A DNA stretch of 62,969 nt, filler included. It is 5 parts of 5 records of this genome, joined end to end, with 100 filler letters (N's around TTAATTAATTAA, not from the genome) between each part and the next. Parts side by side here need not be neighbours in the genome. Positions count along the whole stretch, not along the records: positions 1 to 8,858 come from SRR31156797_25138; positions 8,959 to 26,676 come from SRR31156797_25140; 3 more parts are not named here. The stretch is one strand, 5' to 3'. This document shows, in pieces, positions 1 to 9,638 of this stretch; the stretch's first letter is position 1; the number at the start of each line of letters is the position of its first letter. The notes under the pieces were generated by a model. It ran no database searches. It was not told the DNA's origin and worked only from the letters and a program-made list of their open reading frames with translations. Position numbers and translations under genes: made by a program.

Positions 1-1
1 A

Positions 2-3000
2 GTGGCCTATGACAACTCCAGCGAGCATGGCATGGGCGCAGTGGCAGATGCCATCAACCAGCTCAGTGACACGCTGGGTATCTCAGCCTCGGCAACAGTC
101 CAATCCACCACCTCCCTGAACCTTGCTGCCGGAACTACGGACAAAGGGTTTTCCATAAACGGCGTTACCATCGGGCAGGTCGATGTACAAACCAATGACT
201 CGGACGGCGCATTGGTCAAGGCCATTAACAGTAAAACCTCCGGCCACGGTATTGTGGCCTCCGTGGACTCAGCCGGATACCTGACCTTGACATCCAGTGA
301 TGACCGGGCGATTAAGGTTGAAACCGGAGGCACTGGAACCGAAGAGGTACTCCGGGACACTGATATGACCACTGCCGGGTATGTTACGTTGAACCAAACA
401 GGTTCCAGTGAAATCATTGTCAACAATGTGGGCGGCGGTGCGGCCGTGGCTCTAACCAGTGACCTGGAGGTCGGAAACAATACAGACGCCACTACGACGG
501 AATCTACTATTAAGTCCGGATCGACTTTAACGGACGGTTCCGTTCTCGGGGCAGGCTGGACAACGGGTCAGGACCTGTCAGGGGAAAATTTTTCCAACAG
601 CAATATCACTACCACCCAGGACTCCACCCTTAAAGCGGGTTCGGTCATTTCGGCCAATAGTACACTGGCAGCCGGCTCTGAACTGACAGGGGATGTCACT
701 GTGGGTGTAGATACATCCACCACCACCAGTGAAAGTATCATCGCAAAGAACTCCACACTAAAAGCAGATACGGAAATCGGCGCTGGAACCGTCATCGGCG
801 GCGATTTAACGGTTAAAACCACAACGGCTTCCACGGTGGAAGATTCAACAATTAAAGAAGGCTCCATCCTCGCGGAAGATAGTATTATTGCCCAAGGAAC
901 CAAAATCGGTGGCGATATTGCCATTAAAGGCAACACGGCCGCCACAACAACGGACAGCACCATTACAGCCCTGTCCACAATCGGCTCGGACTCGACCATT
1001 ACCGCAGGCTCGGTTCTTGGCGCAGATTTCACAAACAAAGGGGCCACGGCCGTGACCACAGGCGACAGTATGATCAAAGCCGGGTCTCAACTTTCTTCAA
1101 CTGCAGTTATCGGGGCGGGATCCGTACTTGGGGGCAACTTTACCCTCGGGGCCGGTGTCACCATAAGTGACGACAGCACCATTGCGGCCACGACTACTTT
1201 TGCCTCCAACGCCACCATAAAGGAAGGGACAATCCTGGGTGGTGATGTAGTGGGATCTGGAGCCACGGCAACCACAGCCGACTCCATCCTTACAGCCGGA
1301 TCAACAATTCAAAGTGGCAGCACCGTAGAGGCCGGGTCAGTTTTCAGTCAGAAAATCCAGATCAAAGATGGCGCCACCGCAACCACAGCATCTTCACTTA
1401 TTACAAATGGCTCCCAGTTCGACAACGGATCTACTCTGAAAGCCGGAACCGTTTTAACAAATGATCTGGTCGGCACCGACGGTGCCATCAAGGCTTCTGC
1501 AGGCACCTTAGGTACAGACCTTGTACTTGATGCGGATTCCAATGTGGTCGGTACTGTTGAACTTGCACTCGGTTCAATTCTGACCAGTTCGACGCAGCTT
1601 GCCGCAGGTTCATATGTGGCCACTGACACCACAGTAGATGAGAACGCTACTTTGACTGCGGAGATGACCATGAAAGCCGGTTCTTCTTTTGCATCATCTT
1701 CTAATTTTGCCAGAGGATCAAGCTTGGGGGGTGATATTGTCACCTCTGGTACGACGACTCTGGATGTCGAAATGTCCTTAAAATCAGGATCAGTCATTAG
1801 TGGTGGTTCTGCACTGAAAACAGAGTCACAAATTTTTGCAGATCTTACTACAAGTGGAGCGACGGTGACCACGACCAATGACATGATCCTTACTGCGGGA
1901 TCAAAGATCGCAAGTTCCTCCACCCTGACCGCCGATTCTTACTTACAGGCAGATATTGTCACCTCTGGTGGCGGTACGGAATTGAGCAATAGCATGACGT
2001 TGAAGGCGGGATCAATTCTCGACGATGACTCAATTCTGAAAGAAGGGTCTGTTCTGGGTACAGATTTCACAGCCAGCGGAACTTCTACCATGACCGGCGA
2101 CATGACCCTAAAGGCCGGATCTAAAATAGCTGACGACACTATCCTTGAAACCGGGTCTTCCCTTGGAACGGATTTTATTATGAAGTCCGATGCCACTCTG
2201 GACCAAGAGATGACCATGCAGGCCGGGTCTGTCATTAAATCCGGTGCCGTTCTCAAAGCCGGTTCCCAGGTGGGGGCAGATGTTGAGAACAGCAATAACA
2301 TCACTCTGTCAGAAGATGCCGACATTATGTCAGGTTCCAAGCTCAAGGTAAGCAGTTCAATGAACATTGTCGAAGGTTCCACAGTAGGCGGCACAGCGAA
2401 CTTGGACGGGGATTTGGCCCTGACAGGTGATATGACCCTGGGTGTAGGCTCCATCATTATGTCAGATTCCGTTCTTACCGACGGCTCAACATTCGGTGCG
2501 GCCATTACCCTGGAAAACGATGAAACCGTTGACACGGGCACTGACATGATGCTCAAGCAGGGCTCTGTCCTTGCCGCAGGCTCAACCATTGCCGAAGGCA
2601 CCTACCTGACAAGTGACTTCACCACGGCCGACGGTACCCTGTATACTGCAGGTACAATCCTGGAAAAGGACATCACAACAGATTCCGACGTGACTCTGGC
2701 AGCCGACATGACCCTGCAGAACGGTTCTGTAATGAAAGCCGGTACCGAGCTTGCGGCCAACGATGCGTCCAGTGACTTTGCCACGGCAAAGATGAGTGAC
2801 TCCGAAGTCAACCGCCTGTCCGACCTGAGCGTTCTGACCCAGGAAGATGCCCAGAAGGCCATCGCTATTGCCGATGCCGCCCTAAAGGATCTGGATAAGA
2901 ACAGGGCTGACCTTGGTTCCGTTCAGAACCAGCTGACCTCAACCGTTGCCAACATTACCACCACCCGTGTAAATGTGGCCTCTGCGGAATCCACCATCCG

Positions 3001-3124
3001 TGACGTTGACTTTGCAGAAGAATCTGCCAACTTCACCAAGATGCAGGTATTGCAGCAGGCAGGCAGTTTTGCCATGAGCCAGGCCAACGCCAGCTCCCAG
3101 ACCGTTATGACCCTGCTCCAATAA
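2..3124 (+). CDS. fliC: Giant flagellin, 5'-truncated by the window edge, with a ~760-aa repeat insertion
   Basis: C-terminus [30 protein letters not shown]...[47 protein letters not shown] is the flagellin C-terminal D0/D1 domain. The N-terminal part (INGVTIG...[12 protein letters not shown]...GIVASVD) resembles Flagellin_IN modules. Followed by fliD and fliS. Confidence 0.96.
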   Translation: MAYDNSSEHGMGAVADAINQLSDTLGISASATVQSTTSLNLAAGTTDKGFSINGVTIGQVDVQTNDSDGALVKAINSKTSGHGIVASVDSAGYLTLTSSDDRAIKVETGGTGTEEVLRDTDMTTAGYVTLNQTGSSEIIVNNVGGGAAVALTSDLEVGNNTDATTTESTIKSGSTLTDGSVLGAGWTTGQDLSGENFSNSNITTTQDSTLKAGSVISANSTLAAGSELTGDVTVGVDTSTTTSESIIAKNSTLKADTEIGAGTVIGGDLTVKTTTASTVEDSTIKEGSILAEDSIIAQGTKIGGDIAIKGNTAATTTDSTITALSTIGSDSTITAGSVLGADFTNKGATAVTTGDSMIKAGSQLSSTAVIGAGSVLGGNFTLGAGVTISDDSTIAATTTFASNATIKEGTILGGDVVGSGATATTADSILTAGSTIQSGSTVEAGSVFSQKIQIKDGATATTASSLITNGSQFDNGSTLKAGTVLTNDLVGTDGAIKASAGTLGTDLVLDADSNVVGTVELALGSILTSSTQLAAGSYVATDTTVDENATLTAEMTMKAGSSFASSSNFARGSSLGGDIVTSGTTTLDVEMSLKSGSVISGGSALKTESQIFADLTTSGATVTTTNDMILTAGSKIASSSTLTADSYLQADIVTSGGGTELSNSMTLKAGSILDDDSILKEGSVLGTDFTASGTSTMTGDMTLKAGSKIADDTILETGSSLGTDFIMKSDATLDQEMTMQAGSVIKSGAVLKAGSQVGADVENSNNITLSEDADIMSGSKLKVSSSMNIVEGSTVGGTANLDGDLALTGDMTLGVGSIIMSDSVLTDGSTFGAAITLENDETVDTGTDMMLKQGSVLAAGSTIAEGTYLTSDFTTADGTLYTAGTILEKDITTDSDVTLAADMTLQNGSVMKAGTELAANDASSDFATAKMSDSEVNRLSDLSVLTQEDAQKAIAIADAALKDLDKNRADLGSVQNQLTSTVANITTTRVNVASAESTIRDVDFAEESANFTKMQVLQQAGSFAMSQANASSQTVMTLLQ
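488..2764 (+). repeat. Intragenic protein repeat: about 20 units of 36-37 aa with hexapeptide [LIVM]-x-x-x-[ST]-x sub-periodicity
   Basis: Units read directly, e.g. [108 protein letters not shown]. Confidence 0.9.
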
Positions 3125-3172
3125 TGCAACCGTCTTAACAGAAACCACTAACCGCGCCTGACCACCTCAGCC

Positions 3173-3207
3173 AAAGCCCCGGAAATTAAATTTCCGGGGC
3201 TTTTTTT
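3173..3207 (+). terminator. Rho-independent terminator after fliC
   Basis: AAAGCCCCGGAAA-ttaaa-TTTCCGGGGCTTT followed by a T-run. Confidence 0.88.
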
Positions 3208-3208
3208 C

Positions 3209-3235
3209 TTAGGTTTTCCCCCGGCCATCCGATAT
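3209..3235 (+). promoter_or_regulatory. Putative sigma-28 (FliA) promoter of fliD
   Basis: TTAGGTTT-N11-TCCGATAT versus consensus TAAAGTTT-N11-GCCGATAA (6/8 and 6/8, exact spacing), just upstream of fliD. Confidence 0.65.
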
Positions 3236-3270
3236 ATTAAATATGAACCTAAACCAAACGGAGGTTGACC

Positions 3271-4953
3271 ATGGCAGGATCAATTACAACATTGGGGCTG
3301 GGTTCCGGCCTTGAACTCCAGGACATTCTGGACCAGTTAAAAGAGGTGGACCAAGCCGCCATCACGTCTAAAGAGACCCAAAAAACACAACTTCAGGACA
3401 AAATCGACGCATACAACAGCGTCAACGCCAAGTTGTTCAATATTAAATCTAATGCCTTGTCTCTCTCCCTTGAATCCGATTTTTTAAAGACATCAGTATC
3501 CGTTTCCGATGAAGATATCGCCTCAGCCACGGCAAACGACGGTATTACCGCTGAAAGCTTTGATCTCAATGTGACAAAAAAGGCACGGTACAACTCCTGG
3601 CAGACCGTTGGTGTGGACAGTGGCTCTTCGCCCTTTTACCCCGCACCCGAATCCGGCATTGCCAGTGCGGAGGAAAGCGTCACCACCACAGGCCAGACCT
3701 ATGATATTCTTTACGGCGCAGCCGAAAGCCAGCAGACCATTTCGGTCAGTGTGGATCCCGGGCAAGACCTGAACCAGATTGCTGAAGCCATCAATGATTC
3801 GGAAAACAACAAGGATGATGACGGCACCCAGCTGGTAAACGCCTCTGTGGAAAAAAACGATGATGACGAATATTATATCCGGCTGTCGGCCGTTGCCGGG
3901 GGGGACAGTGTGGATGAGCAGGTCAGCCTGGTAGGATTTGACTATATAAAACCGGACACAACCTTCAGCATTTCCCGGGCGGACAATGAAGATCCCATGT
4001 ATGTCAGCCTGGCGCCGGGTGCCACCTATTCAGATACCGTTGCCGCCATCAACGCGGGCACTGGCAATCCCGGTGTGACTGCCACCCTGGTGGATACCGG
4101 CCTGGGAGATACCCCCTACCGCCTGACCCTGACCTCCGATGATACAGGGGAAGAGGGCAGGATTACCGTTTCCGAGAACCTGCCCATGACACAGGTTAAC
4201 GGAGCCGATGGAGACTCCCTGAATTCAGCCTTCACGGTGAACGGGGTCGAATACCAGCGCCAGACCAATGACGCCATCACCGACGTGATTTCAGGGGTGA
4301 CCCTGAACCTGAAAAAAACAGGTGAGACCACCATCGGTATCCAGAAAGACACTGAAGCGGTAAAGGAGAACATCACTGCCCTGGTGGAAAACTTTAATGA
4401 ACTGCTCAGCACCATTGCAGAAGAGTCAGGGGATACCGACATCGATACCGACAATGATACAGTGGCCCCCTTGGAAAATGACTACAGCATCACGGGAATG
4501 ATCTCCACCTTTAAGAATCAGTTCACAACCACGATAAACCTTCCTTCGGAATTTACCAGTCTTATGGACATCGGTCTTGGGCTTAATCAGGACGGAACCT
4601 TCTCCCTGGACGAGGATGAACTGGATCAGGCCCTGGCCTCCAATGCAGACGCGGTAACCGCCCTTTTTATCGGAAACAAGGACTCCGGCATAACAGGATT
4701 AGGCGATATTCTCAATGACGGAATCACGGATATGGTATCATCCACCGGGGTAGTGACAACGGCAATTGATGAAGCCGAGGCAAGGATAACCCGCCTCACC
4801 GAAAATATCGAAACCACCACCGAACAGCTGGACAAGCGGTATGAGACTATGGCGGAAACCTTTATTCGCCTGGACACCACGATACAGCAGTTGAATTCGC
4901 AATCTGCCTATATGGAGTCCATGATAGAATCTTTTAATGCAACCATGGAATAA
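3271..4953 (+). CDS. fliD: Flagellar filament cap protein FliD
   Basis: N-terminal ITTLGLGSGLELQDILDQL; TNDAITDVISGVTLNLKK; C-terminal QLDKRYETMAETFIRLDTTIQQLNSQ. GGAGG at 3260 favours ATG 3271. Confidence 0.95.
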   Translation: MAGSITTLGLGSGLELQDILDQLKEVDQAAITSKETQKTQLQDKIDAYNSVNAKLFNIKSNALSLSLESDFLKTSVSVSDEDIASATANDGITAESFDLNVTKKARYNSWQTVGVDSGSSPFYPAPESGIASAEESVTTTGQTYDILYGAAESQQTISVSVDPGQDLNQIAEAINDSENNKDDDGTQLVNASVEKNDDDEYYIRLSAVAGGDSVDEQVSLVGFDYIKPDTTFSISRADNEDPMYVSLAPGATYSDTVAAINAGTGNPGVTATLVDTGLGDTPYRLTLTSDDTGEEGRITVSENLPMTQVNGADGDSLNSAFTVNGVEYQRQTNDAITDVISGVTLNLKKTGETTIGIQKDTEAVKENITALVENFNELLSTIAEESGDTDIDTDNDTVAPLENDYSITGMISTFKNQFTTTINLPSEFTSLMDIGLGLNQDGTFSLDEDELDQALASNADAVTALFIGNKDSGITGLGDILNDGITDMVSSTGVVTTAIDEAEARITRLTENIETTTEQLDKRYETMAETFIRLDTTIQQLNSQSAYMESMIESFNATME

Positions 4954-4983
4954 CCATTATTAATCGAGGACAGGGGGAAATCA

Positions 4984-5511
4984 ATGATCGCCCAGGTAAA
5001 TACCTACCTAACCAACCATTATGAGGGCATGACGCCGGAACAGCTTATTCTCTTATTGTTCAAGGGGACCTTGGACCGTATCGAACTGGCCCGGCAGGGG
5101 ATAAGGGAAAACGATCTGCAAAAACGGGGCGAAAATCTTAGTAAAGTCATTGCCATCATTTCCGAATTGAATACATCCGTGAACACGGAAATGCAGGACG
5201 AGGGAACCCAGTTTCTCAGAGGGCTTTACGAAGCGATTCTGACTGAACTGCCCAAGGTGTCCATTACCAACGATAGCAGTATCCTTGACCGTACGGAAAA
5301 ATATATCACTAGGCTCAAAGAAATTTGGGAAACCGATGTTATGCCCGGCCAAGGCCAGGATACAGGGTCAGCAACCCAAGTAAAACCCCGGGCATCTGTC
5401 CCGGCTAAAAAAAATGGTACGCCTGCACCAATGCCCATGGCCTCCATGCCCCCGGCAGCGGCCTACGGCAGCCAAGGCGGCGTAAAACGGTTCAACAGTA
5501 TATCCGTTTAA
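4984..5511 (+). CDS. fliS: Flagellin export chaperone FliS with C-terminal low-complexity extension
   Basis: MTPEQLILLLFKG...KRGENLSKVIAIISELNTSV...LRGLY...LKEIWE; position after fliD. Confidence 0.9.
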   Translation: MIAQVNTYLTNHYEGMTPEQLILLLFKGTLDRIELARQGIRENDLQKRGENLSKVIAIISELNTSVNTEMQDEGTQFLRGLYEAILTELPKVSITNDSSILDRTEKYITRLKEIWETDVMPGQGQDTGSATQVKPRASVPAKKNGTPAPMPMASMPPAAAYGSQGGVKRFNSISV

Positions 5512-5546
5512 CCCCTGAATCAAGTAGATAAGCAGGAATAAGACAA

Positions 5547-5951
5547 ATGAGCATGGAAATTACCGGCCTGAAACAGGCCATAGAAAAATTAGGCGTATTA
5601 AACGAGGCACATATTGCTTCTTTTGACAGTGAATTATTGCCGGACCTTGACGCCCAGGCCCGGGAGCGCACCAGAGAATTCTCAAAGATGAAGGGACATG
5701 TTGACAAACTTATTCGCGAAATGACAGAAATAAAGGACGAAAACACCATCCGGCAGGTTAAGGAAATTGTGTCGGCTGTTCAGGAACTTGTGATGCAGAA
5801 CAAATGCCTCGAATCCAGGATCAGGGAGCATAGAAACCGACTGGAAGCCAGCATGAAACGGGTCAACCATGGCAAAAAAGCAATCCATGGATATGGTGCG
5901 GCAGCATCAAAGGGGCACTGCTCCAACAAAGTGATCGCCATCACAAATTGA
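5547..5951 (+). CDS. Helical flagellar chaperone-like protein (FliT/FlgN-like)
   Basis: 134-aa coiled-coil protein after fliD-fliS, ending LEASMKRVNHGKKAIHGYG. Assignment mostly from gene order. Confidence 0.5.
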   Translation: MSMEITGLKQAIEKLGVLNEAHIASFDSELLPDLDAQARERTREFSKMKGHVDKLIREMTEIKDENTIRQVKEIVSAVQELVMQNKCLESRIREHRNRLEASMKRVNHGKKAIHGYGAAASKGHCSNKVIAITN

Positions 5952-6133
5952 CTGTCAGGAAGCAACAATGAATATTACAATATCCTTCAGACGGGTACCG
6001 GGGATTCGGTACAAAAAGTTGCTGGCCGGCATTATCTTTGACCAGTCTGTGTAACTATCTCCACAATAGTTGACAGCCGTTCCACGGAATGGCCCAGATA
6101 AGTCTTAATTTTTATCTGATGGACGATTTCACT

Positions 6134-6571
6134 TCATTGCCGGGCCAGGACGTCATGCTGGTGGGAATAGCCGGAATCTGAAAGAATCACCTGAACCGCT
6201 TCATTTATTTTCGTATTGATTACCAGTGGCCCCATGAGGTTGGCTGTGATTCGGGTACCGGACTCATGCTTGGAAACATTAACGACAACGTAAATCGCAA
6301 TATCTTCAGGTGAAACCCCGTTCCAACCCTTGCCTTTAATAGCGTCTTTCAGTTCAATTTTATAATCGGGCATGAACAGGAAGGGATTGATAATAATCAA
6401 AGAAATATTGGAATCTTCCAGGGATTGAAGCCAGCAAAAAGGGGCATTTTGGGGATCTTCAAAAACCGTGAACTTGTAAAACGCCTCAAATCCTGGAAGC
6501 CCTTCGGGAAAGAACAATACTGTGGTTTCATCAATCTCAACCTCACCGAATCTTCTAGTTGAAATTTTCAC
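6134..6571 (-). CDS. fliW: Flagellar assembly factor FliW
   Basis: TRRFGEVEI...FPEGLPGFE...FCWLQS...NPF...TANLMGPLVIN; adjacent to csrA. Confidence 0.95.
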   Translation of the reverse strand: MKISTRRFGEVEIDETTVLFFPEGLPGFEAFYKFTVFEDPQNAPFCWLQSLEDSNISLIIINPFLFMPDYKIELKDAIKGKGWNGVSPEDIAIYVVVNVSKHESGTRITANLMGPLVINTKINEAVQVILSDSGYSHQHDVLARQ

Positions 6572-6576
6572 TGGCT

Positions 6577-6819
6577 CTACTCCTTGGAATGCCTGTTTTT
6601 AAAAAGTTCAAAAGCGTCTGAGATCTCATCCATATGTCCTGAAGCGGCCTCAATATTTTCTTGCTCAATTTTCTCGAAGACCTCCATTCTCAAAATATTG
6701 ACCTCTTTAGGGGCCTCTATCCCTACTTTTACGGTTGTGCCCTCAACTTTAAGGATATTGACCACAATATCCCTGCCGATCTTGATTGTTTCCCCGGATT
6801 TTCTGCTGAGTACGAGCAT
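6577..6819 (-). CDS. csrA: Carbon storage regulator CsrA (FliW-partner type)
   Basis: MLVLSRKSGETIKIG...VKVGIEAPKEVNILRMEV...IEQENIEAA. Confidence 0.96.
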   Translation of the reverse strand: MLVLSRKSGETIKIGRDIVVNILKVEGTTVKVGIEAPKEVNILRMEVFEKIEQENIEAASGHMDEISDAFELFKNRHSKE

Positions 6820-6829
6820 ATAAAGTTTC

Positions 6830-7133
6830 CTATCCTAAATAATCCACCAGGCTCAGGTTAAGTATTTGTGAAGTGGCACTCAACGCCGCCTGCTAGGCAA
6901 TTTCAACGTTCTTAAGCTCCACAATGGAAGCTACGATATCCGCATCCTCAATCATAGTCCTGCACTCGGTAAGGCTTTGATTCACCTCACTGGTAATAGT
7001 TTTTCAGGCCTCAAGGCGGCTGTACTTCATGCCGATGTCCACAATCCTTGATGTCATAGTTCTATTCCAGGCGGTTAATGGTCCGACCGACACCATCGAC
7101 ATCATTAGTGGACAAATAGGATTTCAAATTATC
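6830..7133 (-). pseudogene. flgL: Degraded 3' fragment of flgL (hook-associated protein 3)
   Basis: Manual minus-strand translation: DNLKSYLSTNDVDGVGRTINRLE* / frameshift / TMTSRIVDIGMKYSRLEA*KTITSEVNQSLTECRTMIEDADIVASIVELKNVEIA*QAALSATSQILNLSLVDYLG*. This is the FlgL C-terminal signature with stops at 7064-7062, 7006-7004 and 6895-6893, in the usual flgL-csrA-fliW position. Confidence 0.85.
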
Positions 7134-7143
7134 TCTTTTGATG

Positions 7144-8154
7144 TCATATATTATAGATGTCTGTTTTAAACTGTGAAAGGTTGTAAGGGTCGGTATACCA
7201 TTCAATGCAGTGTTCAAGTCCTTTTTCAAAGCCATTGATTCCTGCGTATCCGGGTTGCCAGCCGGTGAACTCTTTTATTTTGCTGTTATCTGCCCATAAC
7301 CGGTTGACCTCGCTTTTTTCAGGTCTTAAACGTGCTTCATCCGATATGATTTCGATCTCTTTATTCATAAGCCGGGCAATGATGTTGGCCGTATCTCCTA
7401 TGGATACTTCATAATTACTTCCTGCATTCATTGTTTTGCCTGTTGTCGTGTCGGATTCGGCAATTTTGATAAATGCTTCGGTAATGTCATCCACAAAGTT
7501 GAAATCCCTGGTAGGGCTGAGGGCGCCCAATTTTATTTTTTGGTTTCCTGTGGCAATCTGGGTGATAAGTGTGGGGATGACGGCCCGCAGAGACTGCCTG
7601 GGGCCATAGGTGTTAAACGGCCGAATTGTTGCCACCGGTGTATCAAAGGATGTAAAAAAAGACCAGGCGATCTGGTCTGCCCCGATTTTCGAAGCCGAAT
7701 AGGGGGATTGGCCTTGCAAGGGGTGTTCCTCAGTTATGGGAACAAATTGCGCGGTGCCGTAAACCTCGCTGGTGGAGGTGTGGACTACTTTTTCAATATC
7801 ATGGGTCCTGGCAGCCTGCATGACGTTAAGGGTGCCTTTTATGTTTGTGTCAATATAGGTGGCCGGGGAATGGTATGAATAGGGGATGGCAATAAGCGCC
7901 GCCAAATGGAAAACAACATCACAGCCTTCAACGGCCGTACTGACACCAAAAGGATCACGAACATCACCGGCAAAAATTTCCACCTGTGTTTTTATATCCG
8001 CCGGTGCATGGTCCAACCAGCCCCAGGAGTTAAAGGAATTATAGTAAACAAAAGCCTTTACCCGACATCCTTTGTTTACCAGTTTTTCCGTGAGATGGGA
8101 GCCGATAAATCCGTCAGCACCGGTGATTAGGATATTTTTATTTTCAAGTTTCAT
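7144..8154 (-). CDS. NAD-dependent nucleotide-sugar 4,6-dehydratase, LegB-like
   Basis: ITGADGFIGSHL, HLAALIAIPYSY, STSEVYG, YSASK, RPFNTYGPRQS. AGGAGGA RBS favours ATG 8154. Confidence 0.85.
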   Translation of the reverse strand: MKLENKNILITGADGFIGSHLTEKLVNKGCRVKAFVYYNSFNSWGWLDHAPADIKTQVEIFAGDVRDPFGVSTAVEGCDVVFHLAALIAIPYSYHSPATYIDTNIKGTLNVMQAARTHDIEKVVHTSTSEVYGTAQFVPITEEHPLQGQSPYSASKIGADQIAWSFFTSFDTPVATIRPFNTYGPRQSLRAVIPTLITQIATGNQKIKLGALSPTRDFNFVDDITEAFIKIAESDTTTGKTMNAGSNYEVSIGDTANIIARLMNKEIEIISDEARLRPEKSEVNRLWADNSKIKEFTGWQPGYAGINGFEKGLEHCIEWYTDPYNLSQFKTDIYNI

Positions 8155-8288
8155 CAATCCTCCTAATTGAAGCCGTACGTTGGATACTTCGCAACGGTGC
8201 CTAGTGGAAATTATTGCCAACCGACAGAGGAATATGGCTACGCTAAGGAACGGGTTTTAAATAACTTGCGTATTTTTGCTATATCCCA

Positions 8289-8313
8289 GAGCGCGGGCGG
8301 GACGCCCGCGCTC
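8289..8313. repeat. GC-rich REP-like palindrome
   Basis: GAGCGCGGGCG-GGA-CGCCCGCGCTC, a perfect 11-bp stem in AT-rich intergenic DNA with no T-tail. Confidence 0.5.
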
Positions 8314-8648
8314 CAAGTTAAATTATTTCGGACTCATTCTAAATGTCAACAGAACCTATAATGTTTCTTCTAAATTTTGTGATTATATTATCAACGTTTA
8401 AATTTATCCAGTCATAAAAACTTGATCATCGCGGGAAAATTGTCTTTGCCATGGCGCCTACGCATTGAAGTGTTCCTTTCAGATTGGCCAAAATTACTGA
8501 AACCAATTCAAGCCAATACAAACGCGCCGCGCAAAGATGCCGCTGCGGTCATCGCCAGCCTTTGGGAACTGTTCCGTACATTAAAAAAGAAAGGCGGTCC
8601 TGTGGAAACCGGTTCTGGATGAGTGACAAAATTCAATTAACGTCACAC

Positions 8649-8692
8649 AAAAAAAACGCCTGCTTCACTCAAAGAGTAAAGCAGGCGTTTTT
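8649..8692. terminator. Bidirectional Rho-independent terminator
   Basis: AAAAACGCCTGCTT...AAGCAGGCGTTTTT with A- and T-runs on either side. Confidence 0.8.
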
Positions 8693-8713
8693 CGTCTTTA
8701 CACATGCTAAATA

Positions 8714-8857
8714 TCAGTGATGGGAATCACCTTTATCATTGACCGTGTCATAGGCCGCCTTAAGAAAGCAATAGGTCATGCCCGCCCCTAAAATGGCAAT
8801 TGCATACCAGAATCCACCGAAAAAAATTGCATGGCCGATGTCCCAGGCCCATTCAAA
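8714..8857 (-). CDS. 3' part of a small membrane protein, truncated by the contig edge; absent from the ORF track
   Basis: FEWAWDIGHAIFFGGFWYAIAILGAGMTYCFLKAAYDTVNDKGDSHH*; one hydrophobic helix, ending just before the terminator. Confidence 0.6.
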   Translation of the reverse strand, partial: FEWAWDIGHAIFFGGFWYAIAILGAGMTYCFLKAAYDTVNDKGDSHH

Positions 8858-8858
8858 A

Positions 8859-8958
8859 NNNNNNNNNNNNNNNNNNNNNNNNNNNNNNNNNNNNNNNNNN
8901 NNTTAATTAATTAANNNNNNNNNNNNNNNNNNNNNNNNNNNNNNNNNNNNNNNNNNNN
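8859..8958. other. Artificial contig spacer
   Basis: 44 N + TTAATTAATTAA (stops in all six frames) + 44 N. Confidence 0.99.
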
Positions 8959-9458
8959 GCTTCGCCGTAGTGGCCGAGGAGATCCGCAAGCTGGCCGAAA
9001 CCTCCCGGGATTCCTCATCGTCCATTACGGGACTGATCGGCGAGATCACCAAAGGGGTTCACCAGACCGCCGAGAGCGTGAGCGACACCATCGAGATTTT
9101 CGAAGCCGTGGCCAGGGAGGTCGAATCCACGGTGAACGCTTTCAGCGAGATCGAGGCCGCCGTCTCCGAGCTCTCCCTGGGGGGACGGCAGATCATGGAG
9201 TCAACCGATGAGATCAACAACACCACCACCCAGGTGAACAACGGCTCCGGCGAGATCCATAGCGGCATCGAGTCCGTCAACAGCAGCCTGTCCACCATAG
9301 ACGGTCATTCCGGCGAGGTGGCTCTGGGGGTGGACGGCATCTCGGATAAGGCCGCCCTCGTCGTAGAGGCCATGAGCCGCCTGGAGGACAGGGGACGCGA
9401 GCTGGATTCTATAACCCGCGATCTCTCCGGTCAGTTCAGCCAGTTCCGGACGGAATAG
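8959..9458 (+). CDS. Methyl-accepting chemotaxis protein, C-terminal fragment
   Basis: Begins at (G)FAVVAEEIRKLAE at the contig edge. Confidence 0.92.
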
Positions 9459-9638
9459 CTGTTTCTTGATATCCTATGCTGTGTTCTGTACTTAAAACTC
9501 ATCTCTGCTTATAGATAGAGTATCAGCAAAAGTCAGGAAGATTCTCTTTAAGTCATCATTAATCATTATATTTTATTTTAAATGATAAAAATTGACATAA
9601 TACGAAAAATAGTGTAAAAAATAAATTGGAGGCAGGAG

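Noticed and set aside
488-2764. Flagellin repeats as a CRISPR array, DNA tandem repeat or ice-nucleation protein
   Set aside because: Repetition is at the protein level with divergent codons and no spacers. The period is 6/36, not the 8/16/48 AGYGST pattern of ice-nucleation proteins.
7-2862. Series of minus-strand ORFs with EP/DP periodicity
   Set aside because: They mirror the flagellin repeat codons (GGx TCx) on the opposite strand.
8167-8720. Short plus-strand ORFs upstream of the dehydratase
   Set aside because: No RBS or family motifs; they overlap a REP-like hairpin and a terminator.
8903-8914. TTAATTAATTAA repeated four times in the window as a possible biological repeat or att site
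   Set aside because: It is always centred in exactly 44+44 N, so it is a synthetic six-frame-stop linker.
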